64,000 bases of DNA from Acidobacteriota bacterium (GCA_965205505.1 CBDBHB010000008.1:352001-416000), one strand, 5' to 3'. Numbered from the stretch's first letter, positions 21,171-32,392 are shown. Translations and numbers: made by a program. Notes: a model not told the origin generated them from the sequence alone.

Positions 21171-21285
21171 CCTGGCATGCTACAACACGCTCTGGCGGCA
21201 TCGTGGGGCGCTGGTTGCCAACCGACGGGGCATCGTCCCGCCCATGTCTGCATGGGCCCGTCGGCGGGTTGGAGGCCCGCACCAC

Positions 21286-22461
21286 ATGCCCGACAAGCAC
21301 GTCGGAGAGGCAACGTACGGAGACGCTGGCCTCTATCTCCACGCACCCTTCTGCACGCGCGTTTGTCCCTACTGCGATTTCGCCGTGCGCACCGGCAACG
21401 CACGCCGGCGCGCCCGCTTCGTCGACCACCTGATCGACGAGATGGAGCACTACCGCGAGTGGACCCGGGTGATCGACACGGTCTACGTGGGCGGTGGCAC
21501 GCCCTCGTGCATGGATCCCGCGCAGCTGGCGAGAGTGCTCGATTGCGCCAGCGTCCAGCTACCGATACGCGCAGATGCGATGTACACCCTCGAGGCCAAT
21601 CCAGAGGACGTCAGCGTCGAATCGGCCGCGGCCTGGCGCCATCTCGGGTTCGATACCCTCAACCTCGGCACGCAATCGTTCGACGACGACGAGCTCGCTT
21701 TCCTGGGCCGCAGCCACACCGCTGCCGACGCCGCCCGCTGTGTCGAGGTGGCCCTCGACGCGGGCTTTGAGTCGGTCTCGGTCGACCTTATCTTCGGCCT
21801 ACCTGATCAACGTCCCGATGTTTGGCGCTCCAATCTGCAACGAGCTGTGGCGCTCCGACCAGATCACCTCTCTTGCTACCAGCTGACCCTACACAAGGGC
21901 ACGCCACTGCATCGACGCTGGCGACGCGGCGAGTACCAGGAGCTGCCCGATGCGGATCAGGCCGAGCTCTACTTGCTGGCTCACGAGTTTCTCGCCGACG
22001 CCGGTTACCGTGCCTATGAGGTATCGAACTTTTCGCGCGCGCCGCGTCACGAATCGCGTCACAATCGCAAGTACTGGGGCCACGCGCCCTACCTCGGTCT
22101 GGGCCCCTCGGCCCACTCATTCAGCGGCGGTCGCAGCCGCTGGTGGAACCTGCGCCAGCTCAACGACTGGGAGCGCGCGATCGGCAACGGTAAGCGCCCG
22201 CTCCACGGATCGGAACGGCTGCGCCGCGAGGATCTTGCTCTGGAGGCGGTCATGTTGGGGCTGCGCACGCGCGCCGGGCTCGATTGCGATGCCGTTCAGG
22301 AACGCTGGGGGACCGACGTGTGGACGCCAAACGAGGTCACGTTTGAACGCTTCGTCACCGAAGACCTGGTTGTCGTAAGCGGCCGTTGCGTGCGCCCGAC
22401 GCCCCGCGGCCTGGCGGTCGCCGACTATCTGGCGCGCGACGTAACGATCCCGCCGGCCTGA
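21286..22461 (+). CDS. hemW: Radical SAM heme chaperone HemW
   Basis: LYLHAPFCTRVCPYCDF, GGGTPS, YEVSNF, HNRKYW. Confidence 0.9.
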   Translation: MPDKHVGEATYGDAGLYLHAPFCTRVCPYCDFAVRTGNARRRARFVDHLIDEMEHYREWTRVIDTVYVGGGTPSCMDPAQLARVLDCASVQLPIRADAMYTLEANPEDVSVESAAAWRHLGFDTLNLGTQSFDDDELAFLGRSHTAADAARCVEVALDAGFESVSVDLIFGLPDQRPDVWRSNLQRAVALRPDHLSCYQLTLHKGTPLHRRWRRGEYQELPDADQAELYLLAHEFLADAGYRAYEVSNFSRAPRHESRHNRKYWGHAPYLGLGPSAHSFSGGRSRWWNLRQLNDWERAIGNGKRPLHGSERLRREDLALEAVMLGLRTRAGLDCDAVQERWGTDVWTPNEVTFERFVTEDLVVVSGRCVRPTPRGLAVADYLARDVTIPPA

Positions 22462-22466
22462 CTACG

Positions 22467-23789
22467 ATGTCCCGCATGCAAACCGGCCTGACCGGCCGCG
22501 AGATCGCCACCACATGGTGGCCACTGGCACTCAGCTGGCTCTTCATGGCGCTCGAGCTACCGGTGGTAAGTGCCGCGCTTGCACGCCTGCCAGAGGCGCA
22601 GATCCAGCTGGCCGCCTTTGGCGGCGTGGTGATGGCGTTGCTGCTGCTGGTCGAGTCCCCGATCATCATGCTGTTGGCTGCTTCCACGGCGCTGTCGCGC
22701 GACGGTGCCAGCTACCTGTCGCTGCGTAACTTCATGCACCGGTTGAGCGCCGGGCTCACGCTGGTGCAGCTCGTGCTGGCGACCACGCCTCTCTACGACT
22801 TAGTGGTGACGAGGTTGATCGCCGTCCCCGAAGCGGTGGTCGAGCCCGCCCGGATCGGCCTGCTGATCGCGGTGCCATGGACCTGGACGATCGCCTACCG
22901 CCGGTTCAACCAGGGAATCCTCATCCGGCACGGTGCCTCTCGCGCCGTTGGCGTGGGAACGCTGCTGCGGCTCATCGCCAATGTCGTAGTGCTGGGCGCG
23001 GGGCTCTGGCTCCACCGGGTTGCGCCGCAGCTCACCCCTTCGGGGGTGGCGCTCGGCAGCAGCGCGGTGCTCGCCGGAGTCGTTGCCGAGGCAACGTTCG
23101 TCCGCTGGCGGGTCACACCGATCATTCGGCGGCATTTCGACCTCGACTCCCCGGCCGGAGAGGGCATCGCGCTTGGCGAGCTCCTACGCTTCTATGTGCC
23201 GTTGGCGCTGACTTCGTTGCTGGCGCTGATCATGCAGCCGGTCGGCAGCGCCGCTGTGAGCCGCATGCCGCTGCCGCTGCCATCGCTGGCGGCCTGGCCA
23301 GTGGTCGTCGGAGTAGTGTTCGTACTGCGGAGCCCGGGCACGGCGTTCAAAGAGGTGGTCGTCGCGTTGCTGGATCGGCCCGACCCCGAACCGGCCCTCC
23401 GCCGGTTTGCCGTGTCGCTGGTATTGATCAGCTTGGGGCTGTCGCTGTTGGCGTTCACGCCGCTCAGCCACCTGCTCCTGGTACGTTTCTCCGCCCTTAC
23501 GCCGGAGCTCGCGACGCTGGCCGGTACCGGCCTCAAGATCGCCGTATTGCTTCCCGCCATGAGTGTGCTGCAGAACGCCTACGTCGGCGTGCTGGTGCAT
23601 CGGCGCCGGACCCGCCCGGTCACCGAATCGATGGTCGTTTTCCTGTCGATCTCGATCGCCGGTCTGATTCTCGGCGTGCTCCGGGGCGGGGCGCCGGGAA
23701 TCTATGTGGCATACGCAGCGTTCACCGCCGGGCACCTGGCACAGTTGTTCTGGGTTCGACGAGCGGTCGGTCGGACTGTGTCCGCGTGA
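22467..23789 (+). CDS. MATE/ANKH-like (MOP superfamily) membrane protein
   Basis: About 12 TM segments with internal duplication (WWPLALS / FYVPLALTS). Confidence 0.7.
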   Translation: MSRMQTGLTGREIATTWWPLALSWLFMALELPVVSAALARLPEAQIQLAAFGGVVMALLLLVESPIIMLLAASTALSRDGASYLSLRNFMHRLSAGLTLVQLVLATTPLYDLVVTRLIAVPEAVVEPARIGLLIAVPWTWTIAYRRFNQGILIRHGASRAVGVGTLLRLIANVVVLGAGLWLHRVAPQLTPSGVALGSSAVLAGVVAEATFVRWRVTPIIRRHFDLDSPAGEGIALGELLRFYVPLALTSLLALIMQPVGSAAVSRMPLPLPSLAAWPVVVGVVFVLRSPGTAFKEVVVALLDRPDPEPALRRFAVSLVLISLGLSLLAFTPLSHLLLVRFSALTPELATLAGTGLKIAVLLPAMSVLQNAYVGVLVHRRRTRPVTESMVVFLSISIAGLILGVLRGGAPGIYVAYAAFTAGHLAQLFWVRRAVGRTVSA

Positions 23790-23801
23790 CGTCGCCGCCT
23801 G

Positions 23802-25241
23802 CTAGCGAAACGCTCCGGCCTCCGTCTGAGCCACGCGCACCCCGCGCGGCTGCGGCGGCTTACCGCTGGCGACGAGCTGATCATACTCGCGCCCGATAGC
23901 GTAGGCCGCGTAGAGCCACGCCACGACCAGCACCATCACGACCGCCGAGAAGCCGCTGACCGTCAGACCGAGGGTAGTGCCGGCGAACACCAGTCCCGCG
24001 GCGAGCACGTCTCCGGCACGCTGGCTGAAGGAGTCCGTTACCTGTTTGGCTTTGTACTTCTGCTCGCGCGTGGTCGGCAGGAAGAGCATGGCGCGCAACG
24101 TGTTGTAGAGCGAGTAATCGGTGGCGTTCTCGAAGGTCTTGGTCCAGCGAACGACGGCCAGCGTCGGCACCATGGCGATCAACCCATAGGCGCCAAGCGA
24201 ATAGAGCGGCAGCAGCAGCAGGGCCCGGCGGAGCCCGACATACTTGATCACTCGCGAGGTAATGAAGAGCTGAATCAGCAGGCTCACCGTATTCATGACG
24301 GCGAAGAAACCAGCGTAATAGCTGCCAAGGTACTCGCCGACGGATAACTCGCCGCCGGCAGCAACGGCCGCCGTCGCCGCCTCCGAGAAGGTGCGGCTGA
24401 GGATGTAGCCGCCGAGCGTATTGACCCAATTGAGGAACAGGACCAGGACGCCGATGAGCAACAGATACCGGGTGCGCCACACGAGCTGGAACGCCGACAT
24501 GCCGCTGCCGGGCTGTTCGAAGTCCTCGACGACCTCGCCGCGCTCCTTGGCCTCGTAAAGTACCCTCTCGCGCTCGGCGAGCTCCTCGAGCTCCTCGATC
24601 GTCTTTGACGCCTGGAAGACGCCGGTCGCGGCGATCGTGGCCGTGGTCTTGATGTCGGGCACCCCCGCCTCGCGGATGCCGCGCTCGCGCGTATCGACAT
24701 AGTTGGTGATCAGCAGCCCGAAGAGCAATATCACCGCCGACATGATCATCGGGATGTAAAGGCCAAGGGGCTCGATCAGGCCCCCGACGAACGTCGCGCC
24801 AACCACCCCGCCGACCGACGCGCCGACGGCGACGATCGGGAACAGCCGCTCGCCCTCGTCGCGCATGTAGATGTCGTTGGCAAACGACCAGAACTGCGCC
24901 ACGATCATCACGTTGAAAATGCTGCCGAAAACGAAGAACGGTATGCCGATACTGAGGCCAGCCATACCGGCGACGGCGAACGCGACGAGCATTCCACCGA
25001 TGACCCAGGTGACAAGGCTGATCAGCCGGCGGCGCGGGAAGCGGTCGGCCATCCTGCCGTACACCGGAACGAGCACGGCCAGGACGGCGACGTTGGCGAC
25101 CTGCAGATAGGTGGGCATCTCCGGGCCCCACTCGGCCGTGACGATACCGTCCCGCATCGGTCGGATCATGTAGTAGGAGCCCAGGATGACGAAGACATTG
25201 CTGGCCAGCAGCACGGCGGTGAGCCCCTCGCCGGCGCGCAC
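23802..25241 (-). CDS. NTT/TLC family (ATP/ADP translocase-like) MFS transporter; true start probably ~25294 with a 1-bp indel
   Basis: YYMIRPMRD, FWSFANDIY, ENATDYSL, KYKAK motifs; upstream in-frame LDRFLRLFTDVRAGEG. Confidence 0.82.
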   Translation of the reverse strand: MRAGEGLTAVLLASNVFVILGSYYMIRPMRDGIVTAEWGPEMPTYLQVANVAVLAVLVPVYGRMADRFPRRRLISLVTWVIGGMLVAFAVAGMAGLSIGIPFFVFGSIFNVMIVAQFWSFANDIYMRDEGERLFPIVAVGASVGGVVGATFVGGLIEPLGLYIPMIMSAVILLFGLLITNYVDTRERGIREAGVPDIKTTATIAATGVFQASKTIEELEELAERERVLYEAKERGEVVEDFEQPGSGMSAFQLVWRTRYLLLIGVLVLFLNWVNTLGGYILSRTFSEAATAAVAAGGELSVGEYLGSYYAGFFAVMNTVSLLIQLFITSRVIKYVGLRRALLLLPLYSLGAYGLIAMVPTLAVVRWTKTFENATDYSLYNTLRAMLFLPTTREQKYKAKQVTDSFSQRAGDVLAAGLVFAGTTLGLTVSGFSAVVMVLVVAWLYAAYAIGREYDQLVASGKPPQPRGVRVAQTEAGAFR

Positions 25242-25308
25242 GTCGGTAAAGAGCCGTAGGAAGCGATCGAGCGCGCTGGCTGGTTACGGGCCAAGCGGCC
25301 CTCCCGCG

Positions 25309-26130
25309 TCAGCGGCCGAGGCGTCGCTGCCGCTGGCTGTAGGCGCGCAGCGCGCGGTACAGGTCGATGCGGCGGAACGCTGGCCAATACGTGTCGCTGA
25401 AGTAGAACTCCGAGTAGGCGCTCTGCCACAGCAGGAACCCGCTGAGCCTCACCTCGCCGCTGGTCCGCAGAATCAGGTCCGGCTCTGGCTGGCCCGACGT
25501 GTACAGGAAGCGCTCGATCGACGCATCGTCGAACTCGGCCGCCATCTGCGCGAGATCTCCGCCGCGTTCGGCCTGATCGCGCAGGTAGGCGCGGAACGCC
25601 TCGGTGATCTCCTGGCGTCCGCCGTAGGCCATTGCGATGTTGAGCTTGAATCGGTCGTAGTGGCGGGTGGCGTGCTCCACTTCCTCGATCACTGCCTGCA
25701 GGCTCTCGGGCAGCAGCTCTGTCTTGCCTATGTAACGAATCCGTATCTCGCTCTCGTGAACATCGGGGCTATCGATGAGCTCGCGGGTTCGCTCCTCGAA
25801 CAGGCGTAGCAGATCGGTGACCTCGGACTCGGCGCGATCAAAATTATCTAGCGAGAAACTCCAAACGCTGACCACCGGGATGCCCAACTCCTGGCACCAG
25901 CGCAACACGTCGCGCAGCTTCTCGGCGCCGCGCGCGTGTCCGAACAGTACGTGCCGGCGGCCAAAATCGCGCGCGAACCTGCGGTTGCCGTCCATGATGA
26001 TGCCGATGTGCCGGGGCAACCTCCAGGTGTGCGCCTCGGCCGCTAGACGGCGTTCGTACAGAGCATAGAAGGGGAGCTTGATGAGGTGTTTGGCGGCACG
26101 CCAGAGCCCCGGTATTGTGCCAACGACCGG
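25309..26130 (-). CDS. cis-prenyltransferase (UppS / Rv1086-like short-chain type); start uncertain
   Basis: HIGIIMDGNRR, FSLDNFDR, PDLILRTSGEVRLSGFLLWQS. Confidence 0.92.
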   Translation of the reverse strand, partial: PVVGTIPGLWRAAKHLIKLPFYALYERRLAAEAHTWRLPRHIGIIMDGNRRFARDFGRRHVLFGHARGAEKLRDVLRWCQELGIPVVSVWSFSLDNFDRAESEVTDLLRLFEERTRELIDSPDVHESEIRIRYIGKTELLPESLQAVIEEVEHATRHYDRFKLNIAMAYGGRQEITEAFRAYLRDQAERGGDLAQMAAEFDDASIERFLYTSGQPEPDLILRTSGEVRLSGFLLWQSAYSEFYFSDTYWPAFRRIDLYRALRAYSQRQRRLGR

Positions 26131-26300
26131 GCCAACGAAGGATTCCTTAGGATCCGCGCTCGTTTCCGCGCGGCGGGTCGTCGATTCCAAAGCAGCAACG
26201 TCCTGGGAGGGCGTAGAGTTGCTTGAGGCTGGGAGCAGGCAACGCCGGAAGGGGCTGCAGCTCGACGAGATTGTACCGCAGCGCGGGCGCCTATCGTTGC

Positions 26301-26798
26301 TTACTCGACCGGGTAGTACCAAACCCGCCGGATACGGCCGTCGCGGATCTCGTAAACAGCAAGCGAAGCTTGCGAGACTTCCTCGCCACCTTGCATCCAG
26401 TACGCGCGCTCGCGTACCGCGGCGAAGCGCCCCACGCTGAGGCGCTCCTCGATCTCCGCCCGGGCGCTGGACACAGACGCAAAGTAGGGTTTCATCGAAC
26501 GACGAAACTCCTCGCGGCCACGCAGCTCCACGCGCGTCATGTCCGGATCGACCGCGAACCAGGCGAAATCCTCCGCAAGGTTGGCCACCATGGCGTTGAC
26601 GTCGTGGGCGTTGAACGCAGCCAGCTGCGCATCGATCACCGCGAACGGATCGATAGGATCGGTGGCCGGCTCCGCCTCTTGCCGGGCGGCTTCGGACTCA
26701 CGTTGCCGCCCGGCGTCCAGCGGCAAGACCGGCCACGCGACAGCTCCCGTCGCTACGAGACTCACCAGCACCCCAAGCGAAAGCGCGCGACGCATCAT
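26301..26798 (-). CDS. Exported SnoaL/NTF2-like domain protein
   Basis: GGAGG RBS, signal peptide, QLAAFNAHD...AVYEIRDGRIRRVWY. Confidence 0.82.
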   Translation of the reverse strand: MMRRALSLGVLVSLVATGAVAWPVLPLDAGRQRESEAARQEAEPATDPIDPFAVIDAQLAAFNAHDVNAMVANLAEDFAWFAVDPDMTRVELRGREEFRRSMKPYFASVSSARAEIEERLSVGRFAAVRERAYWMQGGEEVSQASLAVYEIRDGRIRRVWYYPVE

Positions 26799-26925
26799 GT
26801 CCTCCGTGGTGGAAGTGAGCATTGGCGCGCCGCGGCGGCCAGCCTTGCTACGTCGTTCCTCGTCAACGATGGGGTGACCATCGCTTCCTCCTTTCTCCTT
26901 GCCTCCGCCTCGCAAGCCCCCTGGC

Positions 26926-26951
26926 GCCAGACCCGCCACACTTCCTGCTAG
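26926..26951 (-). repeat. CTAG-terminated repeat family member, internally deleted
   Basis: Reverse complement CTAGCAGG-AAGTGTGGCGGGTCTGGC. Confidence 0.7.
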
Positions 26952-27120
26952 TGCGGTCGGTCCGCTTAACGTACCCTGTTGCGACGTTGTTCACGCACCT
27001 CCCACGGGGGGCCGCACGCCAAGCGAAGCGGCGTGCTCCGAACCTCGGGGTGTACCCTCCGGCGCGCCCCCGATGCGGGCAGCGAGGGATCGTGCGTGTT
27101 CCCTACAAGGATCCGAGGCG

Positions 27121-28445
<1,325 letters not shown>

Positions 28446-28449
<4 letters not shown>

Positions 28450-28480
28450 CAAGCCGTGGTGGAAGTGTGGTGGGTCTGGC
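28446..28480 (+). repeat. CTAG-terminated repeat family member overlapping the ino1 stop
   Basis: CTAGCAAGCCGTGGTGGAAGTGTGGTGGGTCTGGC. Confidence 0.8.
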
Positions 28481-28483
28481 TCG

Positions 28484-29659
28484 CTACTGCCCGGCGGAGA
28501 CCGTCGAGCCGTTGATCGCCGACAGCAGCAGTTGATATCGCACAATCACGCTGCGGCCGGCGCGCTGCTCTACCCGGAATACGTGCTCGCCGCGATGCGC
28601 ATCCCACCCCTGGAACGACAGAATGCCGTTGACCACCAGCTCACCATCAGGGCTGTATACGTCCACCGGAAACTCGGTAGCATCGGCATCCACGACATAC
28701 GGAAAGACGAATAGCCGGCCCTGGTCATCGGTCTCGATGCCCGCCAGCGCCGGGAAGTAATCGGGCCAGATAGCATCCGCGTCCTCGGCCAGGTTGGCCG
28801 CCATCGTGCGCCCGACCCGCTCGGCCCGTCCGGTGGTCTTGGCCACCAGGTGCTCGGGAATCGGCTCGCGCGGCCAGGGCGCCTCCAGCACCCAGACAAC
28901 ATCGGCGTTGAGATCGAACGCGGCTACCTCGTAGATGGCGCTGGCGGTGGCATACACACGATCGCCTCCTACCACGAACGCCTCTTTCGGCCACAGGTGG
29001 ATGTCACCGGCGCGATCCTGCTCGGGCGCCTTGAATACGGTGAAGCGACCGACAACGCTGCCATCCTCGGCAACTAGACTCAGCACTCCGGTGGACAGCT
29101 CGCGGGCTACTGTCCGCTCATCACGAATCGGGTGTGGAAAGACGATCCCCGGCGCTGTCTCGACACCACGTAGATACGTACCATCGGACGCGAAAGTGGA
29201 CAGGCGGCCGGGCTCGGAAGGGTCAGGCGACAACTGCGCAATGACCAAGCCATCATGCCGAGCACCGATCGTCACCAGACTGCCCGGCGGTGTGGACTCC
29301 AGCACCACCTTGGCGCTTGTCCAGTCGCCCACGGCGATGCCTTGCGGTGTGAACGCCCCCAACCACACATCAGCGAGCGTATCGAACTTGAAGATTCTAC
29401 CCCCGGAGCCGACCGCGATGGCCAGCGCGTTGGGGAACTGCGGGTCTGCCGGAGCCACGTCGATCACCAGCTCCTCCACGGTGCCGACGCGAACGCGACC
29501 AGGACCCGCGGCCACCACCGCGACGCTGCGACGGGGGACGTCGTCGGCTACATAGAGAACAACCTCGTCCGCGCTCGTATCACCCGCTTCCGTGCCGCCA
29601 CAAGATATCAATAGTGCCCCAGAGGCAACTATCAACAGTATCAACCACTTATGTATCAA
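28484..29659 (-). CDS. Lipoprotein, probable 6-bladed beta-propeller (NHL-like)
   Basis: LLISC lipobox; repeated beta-rich units (IAVGSGGRIF, IETDDQGRLFV, DVYSPDGELV). Confidence 0.7.
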   Translation of the reverse strand: MIHKWLILLIVASGALLISCGGTEAGDTSADEVVLYVADDVPRRSVAVVAAGPGRVRVGTVEELVIDVAPADPQFPNALAIAVGSGGRIFKFDTLADVWLGAFTPQGIAVGDWTSAKVVLESTPPGSLVTIGARHDGLVIAQLSPDPSEPGRLSTFASDGTYLRGVETAPGIVFPHPIRDERTVARELSTGVLSLVAEDGSVVGRFTVFKAPEQDRAGDIHLWPKEAFVVGGDRVYATASAIYEVAAFDLNADVVWVLEAPWPREPIPEHLVAKTTGRAERVGRTMAANLAEDADAIWPDYFPALAGIETDDQGRLFVFPYVVDADATEFPVDVYSPDGELVVNGILSFQGWDAHRGEHVFRVEQRAGRSVIVRYQLLLSAINGSTVSAGQ

Positions 29660-29691
29660 GTATCCCCCTTACACCCAAGGGAATAGTTTAG

Positions 29692-29725
29692 CTAGCTCGT
29701 GGTGCTTACTAGCTCGTGGTGCTTA
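29692..29725. repeat. Perfect 17-bp tandem duplication CTAGCTCGTGGTGCTTA x2
   Basis: Direct reading. Confidence 0.9.
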
Positions 29726-29736
29726 AAGGAAGCCCG

Positions 29737-29781
29737 AAGAAAAGAAAGTGGGGGTACCCGATTGACAACCGGGCACCCCCC
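29737..29781 (-). terminator. Rho-independent terminator after the small Cys-rich peptide gene
   Basis: Minus strand GGGGGTGCCCG-loop-CGGGTACCCCC followed by ACTTTCTTTTCTT. Confidence 0.75.
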
Positions 29782-29820
29782 GTATGTTCAGCTCCGATTG
29801 CTCGGAGCACAGGTACCGCT

Positions 29821-29991
29821 CTAGCGGCACGATCTCCAGCAGCCCGAAACGGATCCGCCCATTGCGATGCAGGCTCTCATACACGAGCGCGGACCTGCCT
29901 CGGCCGGGGCGACGCTCAGCTGAAGTATGCCGAGAGCCATCACGGTGCCGAAGAGTAGCGTCGCTGCAATACGCAGCGTTCGCCTAGTCAT
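29821..29991 (-). CDS. 56-aa exported precursor of a four-cysteine peptide (CX3C-X9-CX3C)
   Basis: GGAG RBS; Sec-type signal ending A-E-A; predicted mature GPRSCMRACIAMGGSVSGCWRSCR; followed by a hairpin and a terminator. Confidence 0.75.
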   Translation of the reverse strand: MTRRTLRIAATLLFGTVMALGILQLSVAPAEAGPRSCMRACIAMGGSVSGCWRSCR

Positions 29992-30396
29992 CCTCTTTAC
30001 TCCGGGGAGAGGGACCCTCGATGGAGGGGCCCGATGAGGTTTGGAAGACTTCACAGGTGTTGGGTCATTCCCCCTTCGGCACAGCTATTCGGGGAGGTGA
30101 ACGGTCGCACGGTCTGATCACCACATCAGCTGCCCGCGGTTGTGCCTACCGCGGGAGCCTCGCAGCAACCAAGGTCTTCGCCGAGCGACCCGGACAAAGC
30201 GTTGTTCGTGGTCAGGTACTAACGGTCGATAAGATCGAGTAGAACATCGACATCGGCTTCTCTGAGCGCCCCAGACCAGACGCGTTCAACAACAGCGTCG
30301 GCTCCCACCAGAACCGTTATCGGCACTAGCGGGACTGGGCCTCCCCCGATTTCCCGGACACCTTTGGAAGTCCGATAATGGGCTCGGAGGTGAAGC

Positions 30397-30690
30397 ATGG
30401 GGTCACGACGGCGGTACAGTCGCGAGTTCAAGATTGAGGCAGTGAGGATGGTGACGCAGCTGGGCCATCCGGTGTCTGAGGTGGCCCGGGATCTGGGTGT
30501 TGGCCGCGGCATGTTGACCAAGTGGCGCAAACAGCTCCAGGAGCAGGGGGTCACGGCGTTTCCGGGCGCGGGGAAGATGCCCGACCAGGACCTGGACGGG
30601 CAACAGCTACGGCGGCACCTGCGGCGAGTACGGCAGGAGCGCGACATTCTAAAAAAAGCGTTGGCGATCTTCTCGGAACGCCCGCGATGA
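30397..30690 (+). CDS. IS3 OrfA (HTH)
   Basis: RRYSREFKIEAV...ERDILKKA; A7G slippery site at 30651-30658. Confidence 0.92.
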   Translation: MGSRRRYSREFKIEAVRMVTQLGHPVSEVARDLGVGRGMLTKWRKQLQEQGVTAFPGAGKMPDQDLDGQQLRRHLRRVRQERDILKKALAIFSERPR

Positions 30691-31682
30691 AGTACCCGAT
30701 CATCAAGCAACTGTCCGGCAAGTTCCCGGTGCGGCGGTTGTGCAAGATGCTCGAGGTGTCTCACGGCGGTTACTACGAGTGGCGAGGAAGGGGGCCGAGC
30801 CCGAGAGCGCGAGAAGATCGCCGTCTACGTGTGCAGATCAGAGCTGCATTCCGAGAGAGCCGCGACCGTTACGGAAGTCCGCGCATCCACAAGCAACTTC
30901 GGCAACGAGGGATCCGCTGCTCTCGCAAGCGGGTAGCTCGGCTGATGCGCCAGGAAGGACTTCGAGCTCGCCAACCCCGTCGGTTCCGGGTGACAACACG
31001 GCCCACACCTGGCCGGTCAGCGGCGCCCAACGTGCTGGCACGGCGCTTCACGGTGGATGCCGTGGACAGCGTCTGGGTGGGCGACCTGACATACCTGTGG
31101 ACGCAGGAAGGATGGCTATACCTGGCCGTGGTGATGGATCTGTGCTCGCGACGGATCATCGGCTGGGCGGTGAGCGAGACGATGACGGACGATTTGACGC
31201 TGGCGGTCCTGGATCAGGCCTTGGAGCAACGCCGTCCCGGTTCCGGAGTGCTCCATCACAGCGACCGCGGCAGCCAGTACAGCAGCGACGATTACCTAGA
31301 CAAGCTGCGTGACCGTGGCTTCACCATCAGCATGAGCAGGAAAGGAGACTGCTGGGATAACGCGCCGATGGAGAGTTTCTTCTCTACCCTGAAGTTCCAA
31401 CTCGGTGGCTGCTTCAGTTCCCGGGCGGCGGCCCGAGCCGAGTTGTTCCACTACATCGAAGTGTTCTACAACCGGGCTCGCATGCACACCTCGATCGGAG
31501 ACCAGAGTCCGGCTCAGTTCGAGGCGGCAATGCGGCGGCCAGGCCAGAGCGGCCAATCAGCTGTGGAAGCTGACGCGCCCGTGGAAATCGACTCCCGATT
31601 TCCACCGTCGCTTGGACAACGCTCCGCGTTGCCAACAGCTCCCACAGCCGCTAATACGACTACGACAATGGATCTTAACTAA
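30687..31682 (+). CDS. IS3 OrfB DDE transposase (rve)
   Basis: YGSPRI, WVGDLTY, HHSDRGSQY, CWDNAPMESFF. Confidence 0.95.
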   Translation: MKYPIIKQLSGKFPVRRLCKMLEVSHGGYYEWRGRGPSPRAREDRRLRVQIRAAFRESRDRYGSPRIHKQLRQRGIRCSRKRVARLMRQEGLRARQPRRFRVTTRPTPGRSAAPNVLARRFTVDAVDSVWVGDLTYLWTQEGWLYLAVVMDLCSRRIIGWAVSETMTDDLTLAVLDQALEQRRPGSGVLHHSDRGSQYSSDDYLDKLRDRGFTISMSRKGDCWDNAPMESFFSTLKFQLGGCFSSRAAARAELFHYIEVFYNRARMHTSIGDQSPAQFEAAMRRPGQSGQSAVEADAPVEIDSRFPPSLGQRSALPTAPTAANTTTTMDLN

Positions 31683-32392
31683 GTGTCCGGGAAAGCGGGG
31701 CAAGGTCAGACCTTCAGCGCAGCGCTAGCGGCGAGCTGGTCGTCTGGGAGCCACAGCGGCCATGCCACCCCCATCTCGGTGACGTAGCTTCGCGTCCGCT
31801 CCGCGTCGTCGAGGGAAACGCCAACGAACGGGACGCCGCTCGCGGCATACGCCTCGGCAAGCCGCTCCCAGGCAGGGAGTGTTTCCTTGCAGAAGGGGCA
31901 AGTAGTGGTCAGAAACGCGATCACGCCGCCACGCGGCACGATGTTGCTCAGGGCTGACGGTCGACCGGCAAGATCGGTGAGCAAGACCGCAGGCAACGTG
32001 TCGCCCGCCTGCAACGAGGGGCCCAGCGTCGAAGAAGACTGAGCGCGGAGCTGGGCGATGTCGCTCTTCAGCTCACGGTTCTCGCTAACCAACGCCCACA
32101 TTACGTAGGCCGTACCAACTGCCAGGGTCAAAAATAGCGCACTACTGACCCATTCAGGCATATGACGTCCGAATATCATGTTTTCACCTCCCAACTACTC
32201 GATCAAGATTTTTACAGTGTTTTAACTAGTGAAAATATTTAATGACATATTTTAGTTAGTTAGTGACTCATAGGTCAAGAGTGGTCAAGAGTTGTTAGAC
32301 TTGTTTTTAACTTAATTTACCTTGATTCATATCGATTTATATCTAATTTAATTTATAAGAATGAATTTCTATGTTTTTCTATTTTTAACTAG

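Larger units (their letters stand above)
30336..31708 (+). mobile_element. IS3-family insertion sequence
   Basis: TG...CA ends; imperfect IRs TGGGCCTCCCCCGATTTCCCGGACAC / TGACCTTGCCCCGCTTTCCCGGACAC; 3-bp GAC target duplication; orfA/orfB layout. Confidence 0.95.
30219..32179 (-). pseudogene. Membrane-anchored TlpA/thioredoxin-like CxxC protein interrupted by IS3 (parts 32179-31709 and 30332-30219)
   Basis: TTTCPFC motif; removing the IS and one GAC copy restores ...AALKVPLVPITVLVGADAVVERVWSG...LIDR*. Confidence 0.88.

Noticed and set aside
21286-22461. HemW as a fourth radical SAM of the biosynthetic cluster
   Set aside because: It has ordinary housekeeping HemW motifs and is separated from the cluster by yceI and the helicase.
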